Of a stretch of 64,000 nucleotides of DNA, positions 1 through 15,100 are shown one piece after another. A program made the position numbers and the translations under genes. Under the pieces are notes generated by a model. That model did not search any database, was not told where the DNA came from, and saw nothing but the letters and a program-made list of their open reading frames with translations. The stretch comes from Eledone cirrhosa (taxonomy: Eukaryota), in NCBI GenBank assembly GCA_964016885.1, contig OZ024741.1:411990001-412054000 (forward strand). The letters run 5' to 3'. The number at the start of each line of letters is the position of its first letter. Position 1 is the stretch's first letter.

Positions 1-176
1 CCAGCCTCAGGCATAGAGTTTTCTCCTTCTCTCAATTTCTCCCTCTCCTCATTTGTTTTGCCCCGACAGTTTATTTTAAAAAGGGACACATTGCATAAGG
101 GAGTCCAGGTGGCAGGAGCATGTTTTACTATAGGTCTGCATAGCCAGGACAGAACAGGAGTTAAACAACATTTCTT

Positions 177-3100
177 TTAAACCTTTCATTACCATATTTC
201 TAATGTAAACACTGTCTATGTTGTTTAACCCTTTCATTACTATATTTTTAATGAAAGACACTGTCTATGTTGTTTAACCCTTTCATTACCATATTTCTAA
301 TGAAAGACACTGTCTATGTTGTTTAACCCTTTCATTACTATATTTCTAATGTAAGACACTGCCTATGTTGTTTAACCCTTTCATTACCATATTTCTAATG
401 AAACACACAGTCTATGTTGTTTAACCCTTTCATTACCATATTTCTAATGAAAGACACTGTCTATGTTGTTTAACCCTTTCATTACTATATTTCTAATGTA
501 AGACACTGGTCTATGTTGTTTAACCCTTTCATTACCATATTTCTAATGAAAGACACAGTCTATGTTGTTTAACCCTTTCATTACCATATTTCTAATGAAA
601 GACACTGTCTATGTTGTTTAACCCTTTCATTACTATATTTCTAATGTAAGACACTGTCTATGTTGTTTAACCCTTTCATTACCATATTTCTAATGTAAGA
701 CACTGTCTATGTTGTTTAACCCTTTCATTACCATATTTCTAATGAAAGACACTGTCTATGTTGTTTAACCCTTTCATTACTATATTTCTAATGTAAGACA
801 CTGTCTATGTTGTTTAACCCTTTCATTACCATATTTCTAATGAAAGACACAGTCTATGTTGTTTAATCCTTTCATTACCATATTTCTAATGTAAGACACT
901 GTCTGTGTTGTTTAACCCTTCATTTCCATATTTCTAATGTAAGACACTGTCTATGTTGTTTAACCCTTTCATTACCATATTTCTAATGAAAGACACTGTC
1001 TATGTTGTTTAACCCTTTCATTTCCAATAATTCTATTGTAAGACACTGTCTATGTTGTTTAACCCTTCATTACCATATTTCTAATGTAAGACACTGTCTA
1101 TGCTGTTTAACCCTTCATTACCATATTTATAATATAAGACGCTGTCTATGTTGTTTAACCCTTTCATTACCATATTTCTAATGTAAGACACTGTCTATGT
1201 TGTTTAATCCTTTCATTACCATATTTCTAATGTAAGACACTGTCTAAGTTGTTTAACCCTTTCATAACCATATTTCAAATGTAAGACACTGTCTATGTTG
1301 TTTAACCCTTTCATTACCATATTTCTATTGTAAGACACTGTCTATGTTGTTTAACCCTTCATTACCATATTTCTAATGAAAGACACTGTCTATGTTGTTT
1401 AATCCTTTCATTACCATATTTCTAATGTAAGACACTGTCTAAGTTGTTTAACCCTTTCATAACCATATTTCTAATGTAAGACACTGTCTATGTTGTTTAA
1501 CCCTTTCATTACCATATTTCTATTGTAAGACACTGTCTATGTTGTTTAACCCTTCATTACCATATTTCTAATGAAAGACACTTTCTATGTTGTTTAACCC
1601 TTCATTAGCATATTTCTAATGTAAGACACTGTCTATGTTGTTTAACCCTTTCATTACCATATTTTTAATGAAAGACACTCTATATGTTGTTTAAGCCTTT
1701 CATTACCATATTTCTAATGTAAGACACTGTCTATGTTGTTTAACCCTTTCATTACCATATTTCTAATGAAAGACAATGTCTATGTTGTTTAACCCTTTCA
1801 TTTCCAATAATTCTATTGTAAGACACTGTCTATGTTGTTTAACCCTTCATTACCATATTTCTAATGTAAGACACTGTCTATGTTGTTTAACCCTTTCATA
1901 ACCATATTTCTAATGTAAGACACTGTCTATGTTGTTTAACCCTTCATTACCATATTTCTAATGTAAGACACTGTCTATGTTGTTTAACCCTTTCATTACC
2001 ATATTTCTAATGAAAGACACTGTCTATGTTGTTTAACCCTTCATTACCATATTTCTAATGAAAGACACTGTCTATGTTGTTTAACCCTTCATTACCATTT
2101 TTCTAATGTAAGACACTGTCTATGTTGTTTAACCCTTTCATTATCATATTTCTAATGAATGACAATGTCTATGTTGTTTAACCCTTTCATTTCCAATAAT
2201 TCTATTGTAAGACACTGTCTATGTTGTTTAACCCTTCATTACCATATTTCTAATGTAAGACACTGTCTATGTTGTTTAACCCTTTCATAACCATATTTCT
2301 AATGTAAGACACTGTCTATGTTGTTTAACCCTTCATTACCATATTTCTAATGTAAGACACTGTCTATGTTGTTTAACCGTTCATTACCATATTTCTAATG
2401 AAAGACACTGTCTATGTTGTTTAACCATTCATTACCATATTTCTAATGAAAGACACTGTCTATGTTGTTTAACCCTTCATTACCATATTTCTAATGTAAG
2501 ACACTGTCTATGTTGTTTAACCCTTTCATTACCATATTTCTAATGAAAGACACTGTCTATGTTGTTTAACCCTTCATTACCATATTTCTAATGAAAGACA
2601 CTGTCTATGTTGTTTAACCGTTTCATTACCATATTTCTAATACAAGACACTGTCTATAATGTTTAACCCTTCATTACCATATTTCTAATGTAAGACTCTG
2701 TATATGTTGTTTAACCCTTTCATGACCATATTTCTATTGTAAGACACTGTCTATGTTGTTTAACCCTTCATTACCATATTTCTAATGAAAGACACTGTCT
2801 ATGTTGTTTAACCCTTTCATTACCATATTTCTAATGAAAGACACTCTATATGTTGTTTAACCCTTTCATTACCATATTTCTAATGTAAGACACTGTCTAT
2901 GTTGTTTAACCCTTTCATTACCATATTTCTAATGAAAGACACTCTATATGTTGTTTAACCCTTTCATTACCATATTTCTAATGTAAGACACTGTCTATGT
3001 TGTTTAACCCTTTCATTACCATATTTCTAATGTAAGACACTGTCTATGTTGTTTAACCCTTTCATAACCATATTTCTAATGTAAGACACTGTCTATATTG

Positions 3101-6100
3101 TTTAACCCTTCATTACCATATTTCTAATGTAAGACACTGTCTATGTTGTTTAACCCTTTCATTACCATGTTTCTAATGAAAGACACTGTCCATGTTGTTT
3201 AACCCTTCATTACCATATTTCTAATGAAAGACACTGTCTATGTTGTTTAACCCTTCATTACCATATTTCTAATGTAAAACACTGTCTATGTTGTTTGAAA
3301 CTTTCATTACCATATTTCTAATGTAAGACACTGTCTATGTTGTTTAACCCTTTCATTACCATATTTCTAATGTAAGACACTGTCTATGTTGTTTAACCCT
3401 TTCATTACCATATTTCTAATGAAAGACACTCTATATGTTGTTTAACCCTTTCATTACCATATTTCTAATGTAAGACACTGTCTATGTTGTTTAACCCTTT
3501 CATTACCATATTTCTAATGAAAGACACTGTCTATGTTGTTTAACCCTTCATTACCATATTTCTATTGTAAGACACTGTCTATGTTGTTTAACCCTTTAAT
3601 TACCATATTTCTAATGAAAGACACTCTATATGTTGTTTAACCCTTTCATTACCATATTTCTAATGTAAGACACTGTCTATGTTGTTTAACCCTTTCATTA
3701 CCATATTTCTAATGAAAGACACTGTCTATGTTGTTTAACCCTTCATTACCATATTTCTAATGTAAGACACTGTCTATGTTGTTTAACCCTTTCATTACCA
3801 TACTTCTAATGAAAGACACTCTATATGTTGTTTAAGCCTTTCATTACCATATTTCTAATGTAAGACACTGTCTATGTTGTTTAACCCTTTCATTACCATA
3901 TTTCTAATGAAAGACAATGTCTATGTTGTTTAACCCTTTCATTTCCAATAATTCTATTGTAAGACACTGTCTATGTTGTTTAACCCTTCATTACCATATT
4001 TCTAATGTAAGACACTGTCTATGTTGTTTAACCCTTTCATAACCATATTTCTAATGTAAGACACTGTCTATGTTGTTTAACCCTTCATTACCATATTTCT
4101 AATGTAAGACACTGTCTATGTTGTTTAACCCTTTCATTACCATATTTCTAATGAAAGACACTGTCTATGTTGTTTAACCCTTCATTACCATATTTCTAAT
4201 GAAAGACACTGTCTATGTTGTTTAACCCTTCATTACCATATTTCTAATGTAAGACACTGTCTATGTTGTTTAACCCTTTCATTATCATATTTCTAATGAA
4301 AGACAATGTCTATGTTGTTTAACCCTTTCATTTCCAATAATTCTATTGTAAGACACTGTCTATGTTGTTTAACCCTTCATTACCATATTTCTAATGTAAG
4401 ACACTGTCTATGTTGTTTAACCCTTTCATAACCATATTTCTAATGTAAGACACTGTCTATGTTGTTTAACCCTTCATTACCATATTTCTAATGTAAGACA
4501 CTGTCTATGTTGTTTAACCGTTCATTACCATATTTCTAATGAAAGACACTGTCTATGTTGTTTAACCATTCATTACCATATTTCTAATGAAAGACACTGT
4601 CTATGTTGTTTAACCCTTCATTACCATATTTCTAATGTAAGACACTGTCTATGTTGTTTAACCCTTTCATTACCATATTTCTAATGAAAGACACTGTCTA
4701 TGTTGTTTAACCCTTCATTACCATATTTCTAATGAAAGACACTGTCTATGTTGTTTAACCGTTTCATTACCATATTTCTAATACAAGACACTGTCTATAA
4801 TGTTTAACCCTTCATTACCATATTTCTAATGTAAGACTCTGTATATGTTGTTTAACCCTTTCATGACCATATTTCTATTGTAAGACACTGTCTATGTTGT
4901 TTAACCCTTCATTACCATATTTCTAATGAAAGACACTGTCTATGTTGTTTAACCCTTTCATTACCATATTTCTAATGAAAGACACTCTATATGTTGTTTA
5001 ACCCTTTCATTACCATATTTCTAATGTAAGACACTGTCTATGTTGTTTAACCCTTTCATTACCATATTTCTAATGAAAGACACTCTATATGTTGTTTAAC
5101 CCTTTCATTACCATATTTCTAATGTAAGACACTGTCTATGTTGTTTAACCCTTTCATTACCATATTTCTAATGTAAGACACTGTCTATGTTGTTTAACCC
5201 TTTCATAACCATATTTCTAATGTAAGACACTGTCTATATTGTTTAACCCTTCATTACCATATTTCTAATGTAAGACACTGTCTATGTTGTTTAACCCTTT
5301 CATTACCATATTTCTAATGAAAGACACTGTCCATGTTGTTTAACCCTTCATTACCATATTTCTAATGAAAGACACTGTCTATGTTGTTTAACCCTTCATT
5401 ACCATATTTCTAATGTAAAACACTGTCTATGTTGTTTGAAACTTTCATTACCATATTTCTAATGTAAGACACTGTCTATGTTGTTTAACCCTTTCATTAC
5501 CATATTTCTAATGTAAGACACTGTCTATGTTGTTTAACCCTTTCATTACCATATTTCTAATGAAAGACACTGTCTATGTTGTTTAACCCTTCATTACCAT
5601 ATTTCTAATGTAAGACACTGTCTATGTTGTTTAACCCTTTCATTACCATATTTCTAATGAAAGACACTCTATATGTTGTTTAACCATTTCATTACCATCT
5701 TTCTAATGTAAGACACTGTCTATGTTGTTTAACCCTTTCATTACCATATTTCTATTGTAAGACACTGTCTATGTTGTTTAACCCTTTAATTACCATATTT
5801 CTAATGAAAGACACTCTATATGTTGTTTAACCCTTTCATTACCATATTTCTAATGTAAGACACTGTCTATGTTGTTTAACCCTTTCATTACCATATTTCT
5901 AATGAAAGACACTGTCTATGTTGTTTAACCCTTCATTACCATATTTCTATTGTAAGACACTGTCTATGTTGTTTAACCCTTTAATTACCATATTTCTAAT
6001 GAAAGACACTCTATATGTTGTTTAACCCTTTCATTACCATATTTCTAATGTAAGACACTGTCTATGTTGTTTAACCCTTTCATTACCATATTTCTAATGA

Positions 6101-9100
6101 AAGACACTGTCTATGTTGTTTAACCCTTCATTACCATATTTCTAATGTAAGACACTGTCTATGTTGTTTAACCCTTTCATTACCATATTTCTAATGAAAG
6201 ACACTCTATATGTTGTTTAAGCCTTTCATTACCATATTTCTAATGAAAGACAATGTCTATGTTGTTTAACCCTTTCATTTCCAATAATTCTATTGTAAGA
6301 CACTGTCTATGTTGTTTAACCCTTCATTACCATATTTCTAATGTAAGACACTGTCTATGTTGTTTAACCCTTTCATAACCATATTTCTAATGTAAGACAC
6401 TGTCTATGTTGTTTAACCCTTCATTACCATATTTCTAATGTAAGACACTGTCTATGTTGTTTAACCCTTTCATTACCATATTTCTAATGAAAGACACTGT
6501 CTATGTTGTTTAACCCTTCATTACCATATTTCTAATGAAAGACACTGTCTATGTTGTTTAACCCTTCATTACCATATTTCTAATGTAAGACACTGTCTAT
6601 GTTGTTTAACCCTTTCATTATCATATTTCTAATGAAAGACAATGTCTATGTTGTTTAACCCTTTCATTTCCAATAATTCTATTGTAAGACACTGTCTATG
6701 TTGTTTAACCCTTCATTACCATATTTCTAATGTAAGACACTGTCTATGTTGTTTAACCCTTTCATAACCATATTTCTAATGTAAGACACTGTCTATGTTG
6801 TTTAACCCTTCATTACCATATTTCTAATGTAAGACACTGTCTATGTTGTTTAACCCTTCATTACCATATTTCTAATGAAAGACACTGTCTATGTTGTTTA
6901 ACCATTCATTACCATATTTCTAATGAAAGACACTGTCTATGTTGTTTAACCCTTCATTACCATATTTCTAATGTAAGACACTGTCTATGTTGTTTAACCC
7001 TTTCATTACCATATTTCTAATGAAAGACACTGTCTATGTTGTTTAACCCTTCATTACCATATTTCTAATGAAAGACACTGTCTATGTTGTTTAACCGTTT
7101 CATTACCATATTTCTAATACAAGACACTGTCTATAATGTTTAACCCTTCATTACCATATTTCTAATGTAAGACTCTGTATATGTTGTTTAACCCTTTCAT
7201 GACCATATTTCTATTGTAAGACACTGTCTATGTTGTTTAACCCTTCATTACCATATTTCTAATGAAAGACACTGTCTATGTTGTTTAACCCTTTCATTAC
7301 CATATTTCTAATGAAAGACACTCTATATGTTGTTTAATCCTTTCATTACCATATTTCTAATGTAAGACACTGTCTATGTTGTTTAACCCTTTCATTACCA
7401 TATTTCTAATGAAAGACACTCTATATGTTGTTTAACCCTTTCATTACCATATTTCTAATGTAAGACACTGTCTATGTTGTTTAACCCTTTCATTACCATA
7501 TTTCTAATGTAAGACACTGTCTATGTTGTTTAACCCTTTCATAACCATATTTCTAATGTAAGACACTGTCTATATTGTTTAACCCTTCATTACCATATTT
7601 CTAATGTAAGACACTGTCTATGTTGTTTAACCCTTTCATTACCATATTTCTAATGAAAGACACTGTCCATGTTGTTTAACCCTTCATTACCATATTTCTA
7701 ATGAAAGACACTGTCTATGTTGTTTAACCCTTCATTACCATATTTCTAATGTAAGACACTGTCTATGTCGTTTAACCCTTTCATTACCATATTTCTATTG
7801 TAAGACACTGTCTATGTTGTTTAACCCTTTAATTACCATATTTCTAATGTAAAACACTGTCTATGTTGTTTGAAACTTTCATTACCATATTTCTAATGTA
7901 AGACACTGTCTATGTTGTTTAACCCTTCATTACCATATTTCTAATGTAAGACACTGTCTATGTTGTTTAACCCTTTCATTACCATATTTCTAATGTAAGA
8001 CACTGTCTATGTTGTTTAACCCTTTCATTACCATATTTCTAATGAAAGACACTCTATATGTTGTTTAACCATTTCATTACCATCTTTCTAATGTAAGACA
8101 CTGTCTATGTTGTTTAACCCTTTCATTACCATATTTCTATTGTAAGACACTGTCTATGTTGTTTAACCCTTTAATTACCATATTTCTAATGAAAGACACT
8201 CTATATGTTGTTTAACCCTTTCATTACCATATTTCTAATGTAAGACACTGTCTATGTTGTTTAACCCTTTCATTACCATATTTCTAATGAAAGACACTGT
8301 CTATGTTGTTTAACCCTTCATTACCATATTTCTAATGTAAGACACTGTCTATGTTGTTTAACCCTTTCATTACCATATTTCTAATGAAAGACACTCTATA
8401 TGTTGTTTAACCATTTCATTACCATCTTTCTAATGTAAGACACTGTCTATGTTGTTTAACCCTTTCATTACCATATTTCTATTGTAAGACACTGTCTATG
8501 TTGTTTAACCCTTTAATTACCATATTTCTAATGAAAGACACTCTATATGTTGTTTAACCCTTTCATTACCATATTTCTAATGTAAGACACTGTCTATGTT
8601 GTTTAACCCTTTCATTACCATATTTCTAATGAAAGACAATGTCTATGTTGTTTAACCCTTTCATTACCATCTTTCTAATGTAAGACACTGTCTATGTTGT
8701 TTAACCCTTTCATTACCATATTTCTATTGTAAGACACTGTCTATGTTGTTTAACCCTTTAATTACCATATTTCTAATGAAAGACACTCTATATGTTGTTT
8801 AACCCTTTCATTACCATATTTCTAATGTAAAACACTGTCTATGTTGTTTAACCCTTTCATTACCATATTTCTAATGAAAGACAATGTCTATGTTGTTTAA
8901 CCCTTTCATTACCATATTTCTAATGAAAGACACTGTCTATGTTGTTTAACCCTTTCATTTCCAATAATTCTATTGTAAGACACTGTCTATGTTGTTTAAT
9001 TCTTCATTACCATATTTCTATTGTAAGAAACTGTCTATGTTGTTTAATCCTGTCATTACCATATTTCTAATGTAAGACACTGTCTATGTTGTTTAACCCT

Positions 9101-12100
9101 TTCATTACCATATTTCTAATGAAAGACACTATGTATGTTGTTTAACCCTTCATTACCATATTTCTAATGTAAGACACTGTCTATGTTGTTTAACCCTTTC
9201 ATTACCATATTTCTAATGAAAGACACTGTCTATGTTGTTTAACCCTTTCATTACCATATTTCTAATGAAAGACACTGTCTATGTTGTTTAACCTTTCATT
9301 AACATATTTCTAATGTAAGACACTGTCTATGTTGTTTAACCCTTTCATTACCATATTTCTAATGAAAGACACTCTATATGTTGTTTAACCCTTTCATTAC
9401 CATATTTCTAATGTAAGACACTGTCTATGTTGTTTAACCCTTTCATTACCATATTTCTAATGAAAGACACTCTATATGTTGTTTAACCCTTTCATTACCA
9501 TATTTCTAATGTAAGACACTGTCTATGTTGTTTAACCCTTTCATTACCATATTTCTAATGTAAGACACTGTCTATGTTGTTTAACCCTTTCATAACCATA
9601 TTTCTAATGTAAGACACTGTCTATATTGTTTAACCCTTCATTACCATATTTCTAATGTAAGACACTGTCTATGTTGTTTAACCCTTTCATTACCATATTT
9701 CTAATGAAAGACACTGTCCATGTTGTTTAACCCTTCATTACCATATTTCTAATGAAAGACACTGTCTATGTTGTTTAACCCTTCATTACCATATTTCTAA
9801 TGTAAGACACTGTCTATGTCGTTTAACCCTTTCATTACCATATTTCTATTGTAAGACACTGTCTATGTTGTTTAACCCTTTAATTACCATATTTCTAATG
9901 TAAAACACTGTCTATGTTGTTTGAAACTTTCATTACCATATTTCTAATGTAAGACACTGTCTATGTTGTTTAACCCTTCATTACCATATTTCTAATGTAA
10001 GACACTGTCTATGTTGTTTAACCCTTTCATTACCATATTTCTAATGTAAGACACTGTCTATGTTGTTTAACCCTTTCATTACCATATTTCTAATGAAAGA
10101 CACTCTATATGTTGTTTAACCATTTCATTACCATCTTTCTAATGTAAGACACTGTCTATGTTGTTTAACCCTTTCATTACCATATTTCTATTGTAAGACA
10201 CTGTCTATGTTGTTTAACCCTTTAATTACCATATTTCTAATGAAAGACACTCTATATGTTGTTTAACCCTTTCATTACCATATTTCTAATGTAAGACACT
10301 GTCTATGTTGTTTAACCCTTTCATTACCATATTTCTAATGAAAGACACTGTCTATGTTGTTTAACCCTTCATTACCATATTTCTAATGTAAGACACTGTC
10401 TATGTTGTTTAACCCTTTCATTACCATATTTCTAATGAAAGACACTCTATATGTTGTTTAACCATTTCATTACCATCTTTCTAATGTAAGACACTGTCTA
10501 TGTTGTTTAACCCTTTCATTACCATATTTCTATTGTAAGACACTGTCTATGTTGTTTAACCCTTTAATTACCATATTTCTAATGAAAGACACTCTATATG
10601 TTGTTTAACCCTTTCATTACCATATTTCTAATGTAAGACACTGTCTATGTTGTTTAACCCTTTCATTACCATATTTCTAATGAAAGACAATGTCTATGTT
10701 GTTTAACCCTTTCATTACCATCTTTCTAATGTAAGACACTGTCTATGTTGTTTAACCCTTTCATTACCATATTTCTATTGTAAGACACTGTCTATGTTGT
10801 TTAACCCTTTAATTACCATATTTCTAATGAAAGACACTCTATATGTTGTTTAACCCTTTCATTACCATATTTCTAATGTAAAACACTGTCTATGTTGTTT
10901 AACCCTTTCATTACCATATTTCTAATGAAAGACAATGTCTATGTTGTTTAACCCTTTCATTACCATATTTCTAATGAAAGACACTGTCTATGTTGTTTAA
11001 CCCTTTCATTTCCAATAATTCTATTGTAAGACACTGTCTATGTTGTTTAATTCTTCATTACCATATTTCTATTGTAAGAAACTGTCTATGTTGTTTAATC
11101 CTGTCATTACCATATTTCTAATGTAAGACACTGTCTATGTTGTTTAACCCTTTCATTACCATATTTCTAATGAAAGACACTATGTATGTTGTTTAACCCT
11201 TCATTACCATATTTCTAATGTAAGACACTGTCTATGTTGTTTAACCCTTTCATTACCATATTTCTAATGAAAGACACTGTCTATGTTGTTTAACCCTTTC
11301 ATTACCATATTTCTAATGAAAGACACTGTCTATGTTGTTTAACCTTTCATTAACATATTTCTAATGTAAGACACTGTCTATGTTGTTTAACCCTTTCATT
11401 ACCATATTTCTAATGTAAGACACTGTCTATGTTGTTTAACCCTTTCATTATCATATTTCTAATGTAAGACACTGTCTATGTTGTTTAACCCTTTCATTAC
11501 CATATTTCTAATGTAAGACACTGTCTATGTTGTTTAACCCTTTCATTACCATATTTCTAGTGTAAGACACTGTCTATGTTGTTTAACCCTTTCATTATCA
11601 TATTTCTAATGTAAGACACTGTCTATGTTGTTTAACCCTTTCATTACCATATTTCTAATGTAAGACACTGTCTATGTTGTTTAACCCTTTCATTACCATA
11701 TTTCTAGTGTAAGACACTGTCTATGTTGTTTAACTCTTTTATTACCATATTTCTAATGTAAGACACTGTCTATGTTGTTTAACTCTTTTATTACCATATT
11801 TCTAATGAAAGACACTGTCTATGTTGTTTAACTCTTTTATTACCATATTTCTAATGAAAGACACTGTCTATGTTGTTTAACTCTTTTATTACCATATTTC
11901 TAATGAAAGACACTGTCTATGTTGTTTAACTCTTTTATTACCATATTTCTAATGTAAGACACTGTCTATGTTGTTTAACCCTTTCATTACCATATTTCTA
12001 ACGTAAGACACTGTCTATGTTGTTTAACACTTTTATTACCATATTTCTAATGTAAGACACTGTCTATGTTGTTTAACTCTTTTATTACCATATTTCTAAT

Positions 12101-15100
12101 GTAAGACACTGTCTACGTTGTTTAACCCTTTCCTTAACATATTTCTAATGTAAGACACTGTCTATGTTGTTTAACCCTTTCATTACCATATTTCTAATGT
12201 AAGACACTGTCTATGTTGTTTAACCCTTTCCTTACCATATTTCTAATGTAAGACACTGTCTATGTTGTTTAACCCTTTCCTTACCATATTTCTAATGTAA
12301 GACACTGTCTATGTTGTTTAACCCTTTCCTTACCATATTTCTAATGTAAGACACTGTCTATGTTGTTTAACCCTTTCATTACCATATTTCTAATGTAAGA
12401 CACTGTCTATGTTGTTTAACTCTTTCATTACCATATTTCTAATGTAAGAGACTGTCTATGTTGTTTAACCCTTCCATTACCATATTTCTAATGTAAGACA
12501 CTGTCTATGTTGTTTAACCCTTTCCTTACCATATTTCTAATGTAAGAGACTGTGTATGTTGTTTAACCCTTTCCTTACCATATTTCTAATGTAAGACACT
12601 GTCTATGTTGTTTAACCCTTCCATTACCATATTTCTAATGAAAGACACTGTCTATGTTGTTTAACCCTGTCCTTACCATATTTCTAATGTAAGACACTGT
12701 CTATGTTGTTTAACCCTTCCATTACCATATCTCTAATGAAAGACACTGTCTATGTTGTTTAACCCTTTCATTACCATATTTCTAATGTAAGACACTGTCT
12801 ATGTTGTTTAACACTTTCATTAACATATTTCTAATGTAAGACACTGTCTATGTTGTTTAACCCTTTCATTACCATATTTCTAATGTAAGACACTGTCTAT
12901 GTTGTTTAACCCTTTCATTACCATATTTCTAATGTAAGACACAGTCTATGTTGTTTAACCCTTTCATTAACATATTTCTAATGTAAGACACTGTCTATGT
13001 TGTTTAACCCTTTCATTACCATATTTCTAATGTAAGACACTGTCTATGTTGTTTAACCCTTTCATTATCATATTTCTAATGTAAGACACTGTCTATGTTG
13101 TTTAACCCTTTCATTACCATATTTCTAATGTAAGACACTGTCTATGTTGTTTAACCCTTTCAATACCATATTTCTAGTGTAAGACACTGTCTATGTTGTT
13201 TAACCCTTTCATTATCATATTTCTAATGTAAGACACTGTCTATGTTGTTTAACCCTTTCATTACCATATTTCTAATGTAAGACACTGTCTATGTTGTTTA
13301 ACCCTTTCATTACCATATTTCTAGTGTAAGACACTGTCTATGTTATTTAACCCTTTCATTACCATATTTCTAGTGTAAGACACTGTCTATGTTGTTTAAC
13401 CCTTTCATTACCATATTTCTAATGTAAGACACTGTCTATGTTGTTTAACCCTTTCATTACCATATTTCTAGTGTAAGACACTGTCTATGTTGTTTAACTC
13501 TTTTATTACCATATTTCTAATGTAAGACACTGTCTATGTTGTTTAACTCTTTTATTACCATATTTCTAATGAAAGACACTGTCTATGTTGTTTAACTCTT
13601 TTATTACCATATTTCTAATGTAAGACACTGTCTATGTTGTTTAACTCTTTTATTACCATATTTCTAATGTAAGACACTCTCTATGTTGTTTAACTCTTTT
13701 ATTACCATATTTCTAATGTAAGACACTGTCTATGTTGTTTAACCCTTTCATTACCATATTTCTAATGAAAGACACTGTCTATGTTGTTTAACTCTTTTAT
13801 TACCATATTTCTAATGTAAGACACTGTCTATGTTGTTTAACTCTTTTATTACCATATTTCTAATGTAAGACACTGTCTATGTTGTTTAACTCTTTTATTA
13901 CCATATTTCTGATGAAAGACACTGTCTATGTTGTTTAACTCTTTTATTACCATATTTCTAATGTAAGACACTGTCTATGTTGTTTAACTCTTTTATTACC
14001 ATATGTCTAAAGTAAGACACTGTCTATGTTGTTTAACTCTTTTATTACCATATTTCTAATGAAAGACACTGTCTATGTTGTTTAACTCTTTTATTACCAT
14101 ATTTCTAATGTAAGACACTGTCTATGTTGTTTAACTCTTTTATTACCATATTTCTAATGTAAGACACAGTCTATGTTGTTTAACCCTTTCATTAACATAT
14201 TTCTAATGTAAGACACTGTCTATGTTGTTTAACCCTTTCATTACCATATTTCTAATGTAAGACACTGTCTATGTTGTTTAACCCTTTCATTATCATATTT
14301 CTAATGTAAGACACTGTCTATGTTGTTTAACCCTTTCATTACCATATTTCTAATGTAAGACACTGTCTATGTTGTTTAACCCTTTCATTACCATATTTCT
14401 AGTGTAAGACACTGTCTATGTTGTTTAACCCTTTCATTATCATATTTCTAATGTAAGACACTGTCTATGTTGTTTAACCCTTTCATTACCATATTTCTAA
14501 TGTAAGACACTGTCTATGTTGTTTAACCCTTTCATTACCATATTTCTAGTGTAAGACACTGTCTATGTTGTTTAACCCTTTCATTACCATATTTCTAGTG
14601 TAAGACACTGTCTATGTTGTTTAACCCTTTCATTACCATATTTCTAATGTAAGACACTGTCTATGTTGTTTAACCCTTTCATTACCATATTTCTAGTGTA
14701 AGACACTGTCTATGTTGTTTAACTCTTTCATTACCATATTTCTAATGTAAGACACTGTCTATGTTGTTTAACTCTTTTATTACCATATTTCTGATGAAAG
14801 ACACTGTCTATGTTGTTTAACTCTTTTATTACCATATTTCTAATGTAAGACACTGTCTATGTTGTTTAACTCTTTCATTACCATATTTCTAATGTAAGAG
14901 ACTGTCTATGTTGTTTAACCCTTCCATTACCATATTTCTAATGTAAGACACTGTCTATGTTGTTTAACCCTTTCCTTACCATATTTCTAATGTAAGAGAC
15001 TGTGTATGTTGTTTAACCCTTTCCTTACCATATTTCTAATGTAAGACACTGTCTATGTTGTTTAACCCTTCCATTACCATATTTCTAATGAAAGACACTG

